A stretch of DNA of 64,000 nucleotides from Candidatus Gottesmanbacteria bacterium. Its GTDB lineage: Bacteria > Patescibacteriota > Microgenomatia > UBA10105 > UBA927. Of the stretch, positions 53,900 to 63,350 are shown one piece after another (the stretch's first letter is position 1; every line of letters starts with the position of its first letter). The stretch spans positions 104,392-168,391 of the forward strand of contig CAWEKC010000005.1 in NCBI GenBank assembly GCA_963809665.1. The letters are read 5' to 3'. Below the pieces are notes generated by a model. That model was not told where the DNA came from. It saw only the letters and a program-made list of their open reading frames with translations, and ran no database searches. The position numbers were made by a program, and so were the translations under genes.

Positions 53900-54391
53900 A
53901 TGATTACCTGCACGTTTGAAAAGTCCATGCCTGCCGGCAGGCAGGGAAATACGGCGAGCCTGCGGCATGTTGTCGTTCATGCCATTATTGAAATGGACGG
54001 GAAGCTGCTTCTTGAGAAACGCACCGGTGACCTTTTGGAAAGCGGCAAGTGGAGCTTACCCTCGGGATTTCTTGACCGCGATGAGACGGCAGCCGAAGGT
54101 GTTGTACGGGAGGTGAAAGAAGAAACAGGATGGGACACTGAGATCATTTCTCTTTTCCGTATTAATACGAAGCCCGACCGCCCGCATGAGGACCGTCAGA
54201 ATGTGGCGATTGAATTTTTAGTGAAACCGATAAAGAAAACCGGCGTACCGGACGCCGAGTCATCCAAAGTTGAATGGATTCCGATTGATAAACTTATCCC
54301 GTTATCAGAATTTGCGTTTGATCATGGCGAAAGTATAGCCTTGTACCTGAAATTCCGAAGGACTCCGTTTCCACTCCCCATTATGGTATAG
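53900..54391 (+). CDS. NUDIX hydrolase
   Basis: Nudix box GKWSLPSGFLDRDETAAEGVVREVKEETGW. Confidence 0.75.
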   Translation: MITCTFEKSMPAGRQGNTASLRHVVVHAIIEMDGKLLLEKRTGDLLESGKWSLPSGFLDRDETAAEGVVREVKEETGWDTEIISLFRINTKPDRPHEDRQNVAIEFLVKPIKKTGVPDAESSKVEWIPIDKLIPLSEFAFDHGESIALYLKFRRTPFPLPIMV

Positions 54392-54402
54392 TCGAGGTAC
54401 AT

Positions 54403-56166
54403 ATGAGCGATACAGACGAAATCAAATCCCGCATCAATATCGTTGATTTTATCGGGAAGCGCGTGACGCTGAAAAAAACAGGCAGAAATTATAAGGGTTT
54501 GTGCCCGTTCCACAACGAGAAGACGCCGTCATTTATCGTGTCACCGGAGCGCCAGACGTTTCACTGTTTCGGCTGCAGCAGGGGCGGGGACATATTCGCG
54601 TTTGTCATGGAATATGAACACGTGGATTTTGTCGAAGCGCTGGAGGAGCTGGCGGAGATTACCGGGGTAAAGCTCACCCGCAGGATGGGGGAAACACCGG
54701 AAGCTAAACTGAAGCAAAAAATCTTTGAGGTCAACCATCTTGCCAGCGAATACTACCAGTATATATTGACCAAACATAAACTCGGCGAAAAGGCTCGTGA
54801 GTATCTTAAACACCGCGGCATTACTGATAAATCCATCAAAACGTTCGGGTTGGGGTACAGCCCGAACAGCTGGGAGACAATGTCTTCCTATTTAAGGAAA
54901 AAAGGATACGATGCGGGACTATTGGCGGCTGCCGGGCTTACGATTTCCCGCGCCGGTTCCGGCGGCTACTACGACCGGTTCCGCGGCAGGGTGATGTTTA
55001 CTCTCCGGGATCACAGAGGAAATGTTGTGGGTTTTTCCGGACGGGTTCTGGATCCCACAGCAAAGGAAGCCAAATATATCAATACCTCCGAAACACCGGT
55101 GTATATAAAAGGGAATGTGTTGTACGGACTGGATGTGACGAAAGGAGCCATTCAAAAAGCAAATGAGGCGATCGTGATGGAGGGGGAATTGGACTTAATC
55201 TCTTCATTTCAGGCAGGGATCAGTAACGTCGTGGCAATCAAAGGATCGGCACTAACAGAAGGGCACGTTAACCTCATCCGCCGGTATACCGAGCGCCTTG
55301 CATTTGCACTGGATAGCGATATGGCCGGAGATGCCGCGTCACGGCGGGGGATTGAGATCGCGGACCGCGCGGGACTGGATATGCGCGTTGTTGTCCTTCC
55401 GTCCGGTAAAGATCCGGACGAGGCGGTGCGTGAAGACGCGGTTGCCGTCAAAAAGGCCATTAAAAACGCAATTCCCATTTACGATTATTTCATTTCATCC
55501 GCAGTCAAACGGTTTGATGCGGCCAGCGCATTCGGCAAGAAAAAAGTAAGCGAAGAACTCCTGCCGATATTAGCGAAAATAGAAAACCCGATCGTCCAGG
55601 GGCATTACATAAAGAAGTTAGCCGGTACGTTGGATACATCCGAAGAAACGATTGTGGAAAGCATGCACCGTCTTACTAAAGGCGGGGGATTTGGCGGCGT
55701 GAAGGCGGAAAAACCAGAGGAAACGACCCGTTCGCAGAAACTGGAGACATATATACTCGCACTCGTTCTTCAGGGGAAAACAGCGGAGTTGTTTGAGGAA
55801 TTATCCGACCGGATTGCAATAGCCGATATCGCTAATCCGGCCGTGCAAAAAATTTTAGAGCATTTGAAATCGTTTTTAGCCGCCAACAACGTATTTCTTA
55901 TCAAGGATTTCGCCGATTCACTGCCAATTGAGCTGATTCCCACTCTGGACGAGGCGTTTTTGTGGGATATCGGAGACCAGCTGACTGATGAAGAGCTTTT
56001 TGCCCGTGAATGGAACGCGACTCTCCGCGAGGTAGAGCGGGCTGTGGTGAAGCGGAAAATTCAGGAGATCACCGGCCTCATGCACCACGCGGACTCGACA
56101 AAAAAGGAAGATGATGAACTCCGGGGGCTTACAGACCGCCTAAAAGCACTGGAAAAAGAAGGATAA
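54403..56166 (+). CDS. dnaG: DNA primase
   Basis: Zinc ribbon [37 protein letters not shown] and [14 protein letters not shown]...DSDMAGD. Confidence 0.9.
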   Translation: MSDTDEIKSRINIVDFIGKRVTLKKTGRNYKGLCPFHNEKTPSFIVSPERQTFHCFGCSRGGDIFAFVMEYEHVDFVEALEELAEITGVKLTRRMGETPEAKLKQKIFEVNHLASEYYQYILTKHKLGEKAREYLKHRGITDKSIKTFGLGYSPNSWETMSSYLRKKGYDAGLLAAAGLTISRAGSGGYYDRFRGRVMFTLRDHRGNVVGFSGRVLDPTAKEAKYINTSETPVYIKGNVLYGLDVTKGAIQKANEAIVMEGELDLISSFQAGISNVVAIKGSALTEGHVNLIRRYTERLAFALDSDMAGDAASRRGIEIADRAGLDMRVVVLPSGKDPDEAVREDAVAVKKAIKNAIPIYDYFISSAVKRFDAASAFGKKKVSEELLPILAKIENPIVQGHYIKKLAGTLDTSEETIVESMHRLTKGGGFGGVKAEKPEETTRSQKLETYILALVLQGKTAELFEELSDRIAIADIANPAVQKILEHLKSFLAANNVFLIKDFADSLPIELIPTLDEAFLWDIGDQLTDEELFAREWNATLREVERAVVKRKIQEITGLMHHADSTKKEDDELRGLTDRLKALEKEG

Positions 56167-56233
56167 TTCTGGTATACTACGACTAATTAAGCGTCACCAT
56201 TTGTTCTCTGCAGGACAAAGGTGCACGGAATAT

Positions 56234-57325
56234 ATGGCTACCAAACCGAAAACCCTCGCTACTGTTGCCGATCTCATCAAAGAAGGAAAAAATAACGGAT
56301 TTGTCACGCAGGATGACATCCTTTTTCTCTATCCCAAGCCGGAAGACCACATTCCGGAGCTTGACGAACTGTACGGCAAACTCATCCGCGCCGGTATCGA
56401 TGTGTTTGAAACGACCTCGCTGGATATCGAAAAAGAGGCAAGTAAATCCATTCAGGACCTGGAAAAAGAAATAGAAGCCCTCGTTCGTGCGTCGGCCGAA
56501 GGCGTTTCTGATCCTGTCCGCATGTATCTGAAGGAAATCGGCAGGATCCCGCTTCTGACATTCGCCGATGAAATCTCGCTTGCCAAACGCTATGAAAAAG
56601 GAGACCGGAAAGCCAAGAAAAAACTCATCGAGTCAAACCTCCGTCTGGTTGTTTCCATTGCAAAAAAATACATCGGACGGGGCATGAGTCTTTTGGACCT
56701 TATTCAGGAAGGAAATCAGGGACTTATACGGGCTGTCGAGAAGTATGACTGGCGGAAAGGCTATAAATTCAGCACATACGCCACCTGGTGGATCAGACAA
56801 GCCATTACCCGTGCGATTGCAGATCAGGCACGCACCATCCGGATCCCGGTTCACATGGTGGAAACCATCAACCGGTTTGTCAGAGCATCCCGCCGTCTCA
56901 TGCAGGACCTGGGCCGCGAGCCTACACCGGAAGAAATTGCCAAAGTTATGGATGTGGATGTCACCAAAGTCCGTGAAATCATGAAAGTATCACAGGAACC
57001 GACGTCCCTTGAAACGCCGGTGGGTGATGAGGAAGACTCGCACCTCGGCGATTTTATTTCCGATCCGGGCCCGACACCGTATGAGCAGACCAGCCGGCAG
57101 CTTCTCAAAGAACATATGGAAGAGGTTCTCACGACGCTTTCCGACCGTGAAAAGAAAGTGCTTATCCTGCGGTTCGGACTTGAAGACGGGCGCCCCAGGA
57201 CACTTGAGGAAGTCGGCGCGCAGTTCGGCGTCACCCGCGAACGCATCCGTCAGATAGAAGCAAAGGCCCTGCGGAAACTCCGCCACCCCTCCCGCAGTAA
57301 AAAATTAAAAGATTATCTTGAATAA
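56234..57325 (+). CDS. rpoD: RNA polymerase primary sigma factor
   Basis: Region 2.4 [27 protein letters not shown] and region 4 [29 protein letters not shown]. Confidence 0.9.
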   Translation: MATKPKTLATVADLIKEGKNNGFVTQDDILFLYPKPEDHIPELDELYGKLIRAGIDVFETTSLDIEKEASKSIQDLEKEIEALVRASAEGVSDPVRMYLKEIGRIPLLTFADEISLAKRYEKGDRKAKKKLIESNLRLVVSIAKKYIGRGMSLLDLIQEGNQGLIRAVEKYDWRKGYKFSTYATWWIRQAITRAIADQARTIRIPVHMVETINRFVRASRRLMQDLGREPTPEEIAKVMDVDVTKVREIMKVSQEPTSLETPVGDEEDSHLGDFISDPGPTPYEQTSRQLLKEHMEEVLTTLSDREKKVLILRFGLEDGRPRTLEEVGAQFGVTRERIRQIEAKALRKLRHPSRSKKLKDYLE

Positions 57326-58478
57326 GATTTTTCTTTTTATCCTGTTTCTTGTAGCCGGCGCCCTCAGTGCGTTCGGTCTCATCTATATGCTGGGGACGGC
57401 ACCGGTGCGGTTTGATAATCCCATACTCACGACGTTCGATGTAAAAAAGCCGGAAATCGTAGGATTTTTGCCGTATTGGCTCATCGGTAAAGCGGACAAG
57501 GATTATTCAAAATACATTACAACGCTCACGTACTTCGGACTAACAGTACAGAGTGATGGTACGATACAAAAACTCAATAACCCCCAGGAAGAAGAACCGG
57601 GTTGGACCGCACTTAAGGCAAATGCATACCAAAAATATAATGCAAAACAGTCACTGCTCGTTGTCAGCGGGGATGACGGCGCCATCGGCGATATGATTGC
57701 GAGTCCGGTTGCCAGCGCGAATAACTTAATAGCGGATGTTGCCCCGATAATGAAAGATAAAGGATTTACCGATTTAAACCTCGACATCGAAAGCTTCATG
57801 GATGCATCGGAAAGCGCCAGGGTGAACTTTACATTGTTTGTGCGGACGGTGACAGAGCAGATAAAAGATCAGAAACTGGGAACGGTTACGCTTGATTTGA
57901 TTCCGATTTCGCTTGTCAAAAGCAAACTATATGACGCGAAAGCGCTCTCGTCGATTGTCGACCGGATAGTCCTGATGACCTACGACTATCATTACACGGG
58001 ATCGTTTACCGCCGGCGCAGTCGCCCCGCTTGGCGGGGCGGGAACTACAATCGAATATGATGTGGAGACGGCAGTAAAAGAGGCACTTAAAGCAATACCC
58101 GCAGGCAAAATACTTTTAGGGATTCCGCTCTACGGGTATGAATGGGAAACCATTGGTTCGGCCCCCGAATCGGCAACCATCCCCGGCGGATCATCGATTG
58201 CCAGCAGCAGCAGAGTCGAGGATTTTCTGAATACCTGCGCTACGTGTTCGGCGCAGTTCGATGCCGTTGCCCGCGAGCCATATGTCATTTATCCGGAAAA
58301 CGGATATTTCAACCAGATATATTTCGAAAATGAAGCGTCGGTGAAAGAAAAAATTGCGCTGGCCCAACAATATCATCTCGGCGGTGTTGCCCTGTGGGCG
58401 TTGGGGTATGAGGACGGTACAATGCTTGAGCCCTTATCAGCGTACAAAAATACGCTTGATTTATCTGGGCTTTATTAA
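57318..58478 (+). CDS. membrane-anchored glycoside hydrolase family 18 (chitinase-like/YaaH-like) domain protein
   Basis: [12 protein letters not shown] (a DxxDxDxE-type GH18 motif) and MTYDYHY. Confidence 0.6.
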   Translation: MNKIFLFILFLVAGALSAFGLIYMLGTAPVRFDNPILTTFDVKKPEIVGFLPYWLIGKADKDYSKYITTLTYFGLTVQSDGTIQKLNNPQEEEPGWTALKANAYQKYNAKQSLLVVSGDDGAIGDMIASPVASANNLIADVAPIMKDKGFTDLNLDIESFMDASESARVNFTLFVRTVTEQIKDQKLGTVTLDLIPISLVKSKLYDAKALSSIVDRIVLMTYDYHYTGSFTAGAVAPLGGAGTTIEYDVETAVKEALKAIPAGKILLGIPLYGYEWETIGSAPESATIPGGSSIASSSRVEDFLNTCATCSAQFDAVAREPYVIYPENGYFNQIYFENEASVKEKIALAQQYHLGGVALWALGYEDGTMLEPLSAYKNTLDLSGLY

Positions 58479-59108
58479 TGTTACTTCGCGGGCTGCGTCA
58501 TCTATATTTGCCCGCTCACCGGCTTGTACGTCCCAGACATTCGTATTGTTGTCATTGTCTACGAGCGCAAATTTCACCGATCCGGTTTTGACCGTAATGG
58601 ACATATCCGTATCAATAATATTAATTGTCATATCTCCGGAATTTATAGTTACCAGCGTATGAAGCGCGCGTACGGAGATTGGCTGGGTGACAAGATATTC
58701 TATTTTTCCCGATTTTTGCTGAAGAACGAAATCAGCCGGGAACATATTGGCAAACACAAGTTCGCTCGTCGGCCCCATATTGATATTGGCTATACCTTGT
58801 ACCACGGCAGTGGCTGTAGAATTTTCCTTCGTTGCTACCGCTTCGCCAAGTAATATCTGTGCTCCCGTTGAAGCCTCTTTGTATTCCGTATCTTCCCGGG
58901 AGAATTTTTGGGCATGGCCGCTGGTGACGGTGAGCGTTCCCGATACCGCCTGGGTCGGGGGAACAAGTGCAAAAGTAGGTTCCGGCGTCGGTTGGACAGC
59001 GGGTGTAATCACCACGGGCAGTTCCTGTTTAGTTTTGAAATATTGGTAGCCTACGACACCGCCAAAACCAAGAACAAACGCGAGAAGCAAAAGTATAACG
59101 GTTTTCAC
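58461..59108 (-). CDS. hypothetical secreted/membrane-anchored protein; probably starts at GTG 59108 (VKTVILLLLAFVLGFGG)
   Basis: The ORF extends upstream to 59324, but that extension overlaps a better small membrane ORF in another frame and reads as low-quality sequence. Confidence 0.4.
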   Translation of the reverse strand: MKTVILLLLAFVLGFGGVVGYQYFKTKQELPVVITPAVQPTPEPTFALVPPTQAVSGTLTVTSGHAQKFSREDTEYKEASTGAQILLGEAVATKENSTATAVVQGIANINMGPTSELVFANMFPADFVLQQKSGKIEYLVTQPISVRALHTLVTINSGDMTINIIDTDMSITVKTGSVKFALVDNDNNTNVWDVQAGERANIDDAAREVTLIKPR

Positions 59109-59187
59109 CGGAGCACTCCGGAGAACAGCAACGCAAGCGAAATGACGGTCAGACACCCAAAAGCAAGGACCGTTTGCAGGAAAAGAT

Positions 59188-59409
59188 TTACCCCCTCTTT
59201 TTCTTCCCGCTAAAGTAAAGTTGGGCCGGTTCGTAACAGAAAATATATCCCATGACTGCAGCAGAAAGGGTGAAGAGCGAAATGACAGCGATCGGCGCCA
59301 AGAATGTTGGTCCCTTTGGTGCATACTTTGTGCCCCAATTCATCACAAGGCTAATGATACTTATGTACACGCCGGCAGCGATGGCATTGAGAATAGGATT
59401 TTTAGTCAT
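59188..59409 (-). CDS. small two-TM membrane protein
   Basis: MTKNPILNAIAAGVYISIISLVMNW...IAVISLFTLSAAVMGYIF. Confidence 0.4.
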   Translation of the reverse strand: MTKNPILNAIAAGVYISIISLVMNWGTKYAPKGPTFLAPIAVISLFTLSAAVMGYIFCYEPAQLYFSGKKKRG

Positions 59410-59510
59410 AGGAACTTTAGTATATTCCTTTAGAAAACATGGTCAAGTTCGTACAAGCGATTAAATTTTACTCAATTGATAATACTTAGTACATCAATTA
59501 TGATGAATAT

Positions 59511-60197
59511 ATGGGATATTATGGTCGATTGGAATTAAAATTAAAGGCGAGAAAGATGCGTAGCGATGGTAAATCGTATATAGATATTATGCGTACGTTA
59601 CGCATACCGAAGTCCACAGTTTCTGATTGGTGTCACGATGTACAGCTTACCAAGAGCCAATTACAGAAGCTTTACAAAAGTAAAATTGCAGGAGCATTAA
59701 AAGGAAGTATTATTGCTGCCAAAAATAAACAAAATCGGCGCATTGAGGAAACTAAAAAACTATTTGCTTTAGGTATGAAAGAGGTTGGTATTTTATCTAA
59801 AAGAGATAGATTATTAGCCGGAATCGCATTTTACGCATCTGAAGGAACTAAAAGTGATAAGGGTTGTAGTTTTGCCAATTCCGACCCAACTATTATTAAG
59901 TTTATGGTCGATTGGTTCCGCGAGTTCGGTCATGTACCTCAAAAGAAATTTTACGGAGCGATTTGGCTTCACGAGGGTTTAAATGAAGATAAAGCCAAGA
60001 GATTTTGGTCCAAGTTGACACGGATTCCTGTAGCCCATTTTTATAAAACATATATTGCGTTAAACAAAAAGGATAGTAAAAAAATCAGAAAAATTATTCA
60101 TCAAAACGGCGTTTTCTCCTTTTATGTGAGTGACGTTGTACTGTACCGTAAAATTCGAGGCTGGATTGGTGGCGTTCTGGCGGTGTCAATGGTATAA
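59511..60197 (+). CDS. putative LAGLIDADG-type homing endonuclease with an N-terminal HTH-like extension
   Basis: A single LAGLIDADG-like motif LLAGIAFYASEGTKSDKG at aa ~110, flanked by basic K/R-rich segments; N-terminal HTH-like IDIMRTLRIPKSTVSDWCH; lower GC than the flanking core genome; immediately upstream of the intron-containing tRNA. Confidence 0.4.
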   Translation: MGYYGRLELKLKARKMRSDGKSYIDIMRTLRIPKSTVSDWCHDVQLTKSQLQKLYKSKIAGALKGSIIAAKNKQNRRIEETKKLFALGMKEVGILSKRDRLLAGIAFYASEGTKSDKGCSFANSDPTIIKFMVDWFREFGHVPQKKFYGAIWLHEGLNEDKAKRFWSKLTRIPVAHFYKTYIALNKKDSKKIRKIIHQNGVFSFYVSDVVLYRKIRGWIGGVLAVSMV

Positions 60198-60216
60198 TGT
60201 TTAGGTTCCTTAATAT

Positions 60217-60479
60217 TCCCCTGTAGCTCAACGGTAGAGCGGCTTCCTGTCAATTAGGCAGCGCCCAGATGTAAATCTGGATGGAAAACTAGGCTAATTC
60301 GGGGGACTCCCGCCAGAGGCGGGATAATCCCGAGCTAACCCCGACATAGAGTCGGGAAAATGTGTAGAGACTATATACCTAGCTCCCGATTATTTGGGAT
60401 GATGAGATAGTCCAAGCCTTTTGGTAACAGAAGGGTTCTTGTAAGAAGAAGGTTGCAGGTTCGAATCCTGCCGGGGGAG
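60217..60479 (+). tRNA. tRNA-Asn (anticodon GTT) interrupted by a ~191-nt group I intron in the anticodon loop (exons 60217..60250 and 60442..60479)
   Basis: Spliced: TCCCCTG-TA-GCTC-AACGGTA-GAGC-G-GCTTC-CTGT/TAA-GAAGA-AGGTT-GCAGG-TTCGAAT-CCTGC-CGGGGGA-G gives a 72-nt cloverleaf with U1:A72, as in bacterial tRNA-Asn; the 5' exon ends in U and pairs with an IGS GCAG; the intron ends in G. Confidence 0.65.
60251..60441 (+). mobile_element. group I self-splicing intron (compact IC3-like) inserted after anticodon position 35
   Basis: P7-region sequence AATGTGTAGAGACTATATACC closely resembles the Azoarcus tRNA-Ile intron GGTGTAGAGACTAGACGG; an upstream CTAATTCGGGGGAC resembles CAAATTCGGCGAAAC; the P1 helix is ctgt/gcag with a terminal U.G pair and a 3'-terminal omega-G. 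Confidence 0.6.
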
Positions 60480-60514
60480 CTTAGACTTATGGTTGTGGAA
60501 ATCTTGTTATACGA

Positions 60515-61252
60515 TTGCTGCCAATGTTTCTGTTGTTTGTTTCACTTAAATTCTTAATAAATCACAATAATATGAGGAAATATAAACAAAGAACTAAGAG
60601 AGTAACTTTTTACGTTTTATTAATTTTTGTGATAGTTATTATTGTCTTATTCTTTTTAACCTTACAGATGTTCTCCTCAAAACCGATCCAAGTGTCACAA
60701 TTGTCACCAAATACTCCAACAATTTCATTCAAAACTAACAGCGATCCTAGAATTATCAAAGAGGGCAATAAGATTTCCTTTTATGATTCGGTTAATAATT
60801 ATTATTTAGACCTTTCTAGTTTACCTGATGTCAGTCTTACCGATCGCGACACAGATGATATTTACGAATTCGAAATGTATGCATCAAATGCCCATTCAGA
60901 TAAAGGAAGCATTGCCCGGTTTGGTCTATCCCAACCACTTCTAAATCCTCAGGGTTTGAACTTACCTGACTTTGCTAGTAAACAATATAACTACAAGATA
61001 GGAACTGATAACAGTACAGGATGGGGCCCTTTAACAACATCCGCATTGAAAGAAGTGGTAGTGGGAAATAATTATCCTGCAATCACATGGACTTCAGAGA
61101 GTCCGGGTAATGGCTCATATTTTTTTAATTACTATCTTATTCAAATTAAAGATAGAATTGTCTTTGCTAAACTAGTAGCATGGAATAAGAAAATTTTTGA
61201 TTCTAATATTACTGTTTTCAGAAATATATTAAATTCATTCCGTGCTGATTAA
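60515..61252 (+). CDS. hypothetical secreted protein encoded in the low-GC island
   Basis: AT-rich 245-aa ORF with an N-terminal TM/signal anchor LLIFVIVIIVLFFL. Confidence 0.45.
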   Translation: MLPMFLLFVSLKFLINHNNMRKYKQRTKRVTFYVLLIFVIVIIVLFFLTLQMFSSKPIQVSQLSPNTPTISFKTNSDPRIIKEGNKISFYDSVNNYYLDLSSLPDVSLTDRDTDDIYEFEMYASNAHSDKGSIARFGLSQPLLNPQGLNLPDFASKQYNYKIGTDNSTGWGPLTTSALKEVVVGNNYPAITWTSESPGNGSYFFNYYLIQIKDRIVFAKLVAWNKKIFDSNITVFRNILNSFRAD

Positions 61253-61387
61253 TCTAACCAAAGGCCGGTTTTTGTACAACAGATAAACAAAGAGTTCGAG
61301 TAAGGTCAGGCACAGGGAGCCAATTAGTTTAGCCTCAGTTTTTAAATACCTTCAGTTGAATATTCAAACTCATGCTATGATCATCTT

Positions 61388-61762
61388 ATGAGTGAATTAC
61401 CCCCACCTATTGATAGTCGAAATATATATATGCGAGAGATTGAGGAAAAAGGTTTAAATAACTTTTATTCAGATATGGTTGGAGGCTATAGAAGAGTTGG
61501 ATGTAAAAATATACCTGGAATGCTTACGAAAAAAGATTCAGGCAGTAGGATGGGGAAAAGTATGGAGGAGTATTGGAAAGATATAGACGAGGCGTTTATA
61601 CAAATGGATATTGACAAGAATAAGGTTAGTGGCTTACAGGAACAAATGAGAAACGGAAAAGGGAGGAGAGAAGATTTGCTCAGGGAATTAAATGCATTAC
61701 TAGTGCCGGTATATGTCCGATTAAGAGAGCAGGGTTATTCGCAAATAGATCTTTGGTCATAA
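61388..61762 (+). CDS. hypothetical cytoplasmic protein (low-GC island)
   Basis: 124-aa charged ORF. Confidence 0.4.
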   Translation: MSELPPPIDSRNIYMREIEEKGLNNFYSDMVGGYRRVGCKNIPGMLTKKDSGSRMGKSMEEYWKDIDEAFIQMDIDKNKVSGLQEQMRNGKGRREDLLRELNALLVPVYVRLREQGYSQIDLWS

Positions 61763-61928
61763 TATCTTTTTCGTAAATTTGTCTTCCAGAAAATTAGTAA
61801 TACCCGGTGAAATATCTGTTATTACCGATGATATGTAAATGGGAAGGCTTAGCCTCGAGCAGTTAAAAGAGCAGGAATAGGTTAGAAATTGATTAATCGT
61901 CGAAAATCACCGGTTTTGGGTATAAAGC

Positions 61929-61957
61929 AGGTTCGAACATCGTATACCGCTCGGAGC
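61929..61957 (+). repeat. degenerate copy of the tRNA-Asn 3' end (AGGTTCGAAC...GGAGC), first copy; candidate att-like scar
   Basis: GCAGGTTCGAAcatcgtataccgctcGGAGC compared with the tRNA 3' end GCAGGTTCGAAtcctgccgggGGAGC. Confidence 0.5.
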
Positions 61958-62020
61958 CAGTTGGCACTTAATATACTAAATTATTTTTACTATTCTTAGT
62001 TATTGGAATATAGTTAAGTT

Positions 62021-62263
62021 ATGAGATTTGCAAAAAGATTCTTTTTATTCCTACTTCTTGCTTTTGTTATTTATGCCCTTTTTTCATTAAAAGCTTACTT
62101 TGGATATAGAAGTGGCTATCGAGATTGCGATACAGTTAGGGGAACATCAGAATTGATCTCTCCTGATCCAAAAGCGTCTTGTAGATGGAATAACTCTTAT
62201 TTATTCTGGAAAGTATTATTTCCTTTTGGATGGCCAGTCTATCCGCATAGGGCACCTATATAA
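62021..62263 (+). CDS. small secreted/membrane protein (low-GC island)
   Basis: Signal-like N-terminus MRFAKRFFLFLLLAFVIYALFSL. Confidence 0.35.
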   Translation: MRFAKRFFLFLLLAFVIYALFSLKAYFGYRSGYRDCDTVRGTSELISPDPKASCRWNNSYLFWKVLFPFGWPVYPHRAPI

Positions 62264-62378
62264 TAGTTCTGACCTTTTCTACCTCTTTTTTTATTTGAAC
62301 TACTAACCTGAAATCTTCGAATGTCTTAATAATACTTGCTAATCGAGTGGTTATATTAGTGTTACGATTCTCGAGCAA

Positions 62379-62588
62379 TTATTTATCATTATGTTCTACT
62401 TTTAGAATAAGATTTGGCTTAATCCCTGACAACGCAGGCAACAAATGATTTAATACTTGCTCAGGTGTCATCCGAAATTTATTTCCCCGAGCTGAAATTT
62501 TGACCCATCCATCTTTATCTTTATAATATTTCTCAGTATAATTCTTAGTTCCAATACTAATCACATAGTTTTCATTCTTGAGATTCAT
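62379..62588 (-). CDS. small hypothetical protein (low-GC island)
   Basis: 69-aa ORF. Confidence 0.3.
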   Translation of the reverse strand: MNLKNENYVISIGTKNYTEKYYKDKDGWVKISARGNKFRMTPEQVLNHLLPALSGIKPNLILKVEHNDK

Positions 62589-62607
62589 TGATTAATTTTA
62601 GCATAAT

Positions 62608-62636
62608 AGGTTCGAACATCCTCTACCGCTCGGAGC
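62608..62636 (+). repeat. second degenerate copy of the tRNA-Asn 3' end
   Basis: AGGTTCGAACATCctctaccgctcGGAGC; 26 of 29 identical to copy 1. Confidence 0.5.
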
Positions 62637-62652
62637 ATAGTATAATAAACAT

Positions 62653-63027
62653 ATGGAAATTTCAGTTTATCTTGCAAGGTTTTGGGGAAGTTTGTTTATA
62701 ATCCTCGGTTTGGGCGCCATGGGAGTCAAATTATTAGGCAGGATTATACAATATACCGAAGATAAGACTATTACAGTTTCCACCGGATATATTACGTTTC
62801 TTTTAGGATTAATCACGGTAACACTGCACAATGTTTGGGTTGCCGATTGGAGAGTGGCTATTACCATTTTAGGTTGGACAACTTTATTAAAAGGAATTGA
62901 AAAAATTGCATTTCCGAACCGGGTCAATAAAATAGCAGTGAAGTTTAAAGGCGGACAAACACTTTGGGGATTTGTTATCTTTCTAATCGGAGTATTTTAC
63001 TTTTGGATAAGTTTAACCCTTCGGTAA
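62653..63027 (+). CDS. four-TM membrane protein of unknown function
   Basis: 124-aa hydrophobic ORF. Confidence 0.45.
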   Translation: MEISVYLARFWGSLFIILGLGAMGVKLLGRIIQYTEDKTITVSTGYITFLLGLITVTLHNVWVADWRVAITILGWTTLLKGIEKIAFPNRVNKIAVKFKGGQTLWGFVIFLIGVFYFWISLTLR

Positions 63028-63030
63028 GAT

Positions 63031-63297
63031 ATGTCATATTTATCCATATTGGCGACAATTGTTGGGATTGTGATGGCTTTGGCTGGAGTTCCACAGGCGA
63101 TTAAAATATTTAGGAGAAAAAGCGTGGAAGATATATCTCCAATAACTTATTTCATTATTAGTATTGGTGGTATTGTTTGGGTGTTCTATGGATTTGAGAT
63201 TCATAGTATTGCTGTGATAATTTCCAATGCTTTGGTTATGTTAACCTCAATCTTCGTGATTATAGAGTATTATCTATTTAGAAAATCTACCACGTAG
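63031..63297 (+). CDS. SemiSWEET / PQ-loop sugar transporter (three-TM unit)
   Basis: 88 aa with three TM helices and the PQ motif LAGVPQAIKIFRRKSVEDIS. Confidence 0.7.
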   Translation: MSYLSILATIVGIVMALAGVPQAIKIFRRKSVEDISPITYFIISIGGIVWVFYGFEIHSIAVIISNALVMLTSIFVIIEYYLFRKSTT

Positions 63298-63350
63298 GAA
63301 TTTGCGGTGGAATTGGATTTTGAAAAATCTGAGCAAGGTGTTTGCTGTAT

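Noticed and set aside
59108-59324. The full 287-aa extent of ORF 58461..59324
   Set aside because: The first ~72 residues overlap a more convincing small membrane ORF (59188..59409) in another frame and look like junk sequence. GTG 59108 is the more likely start.
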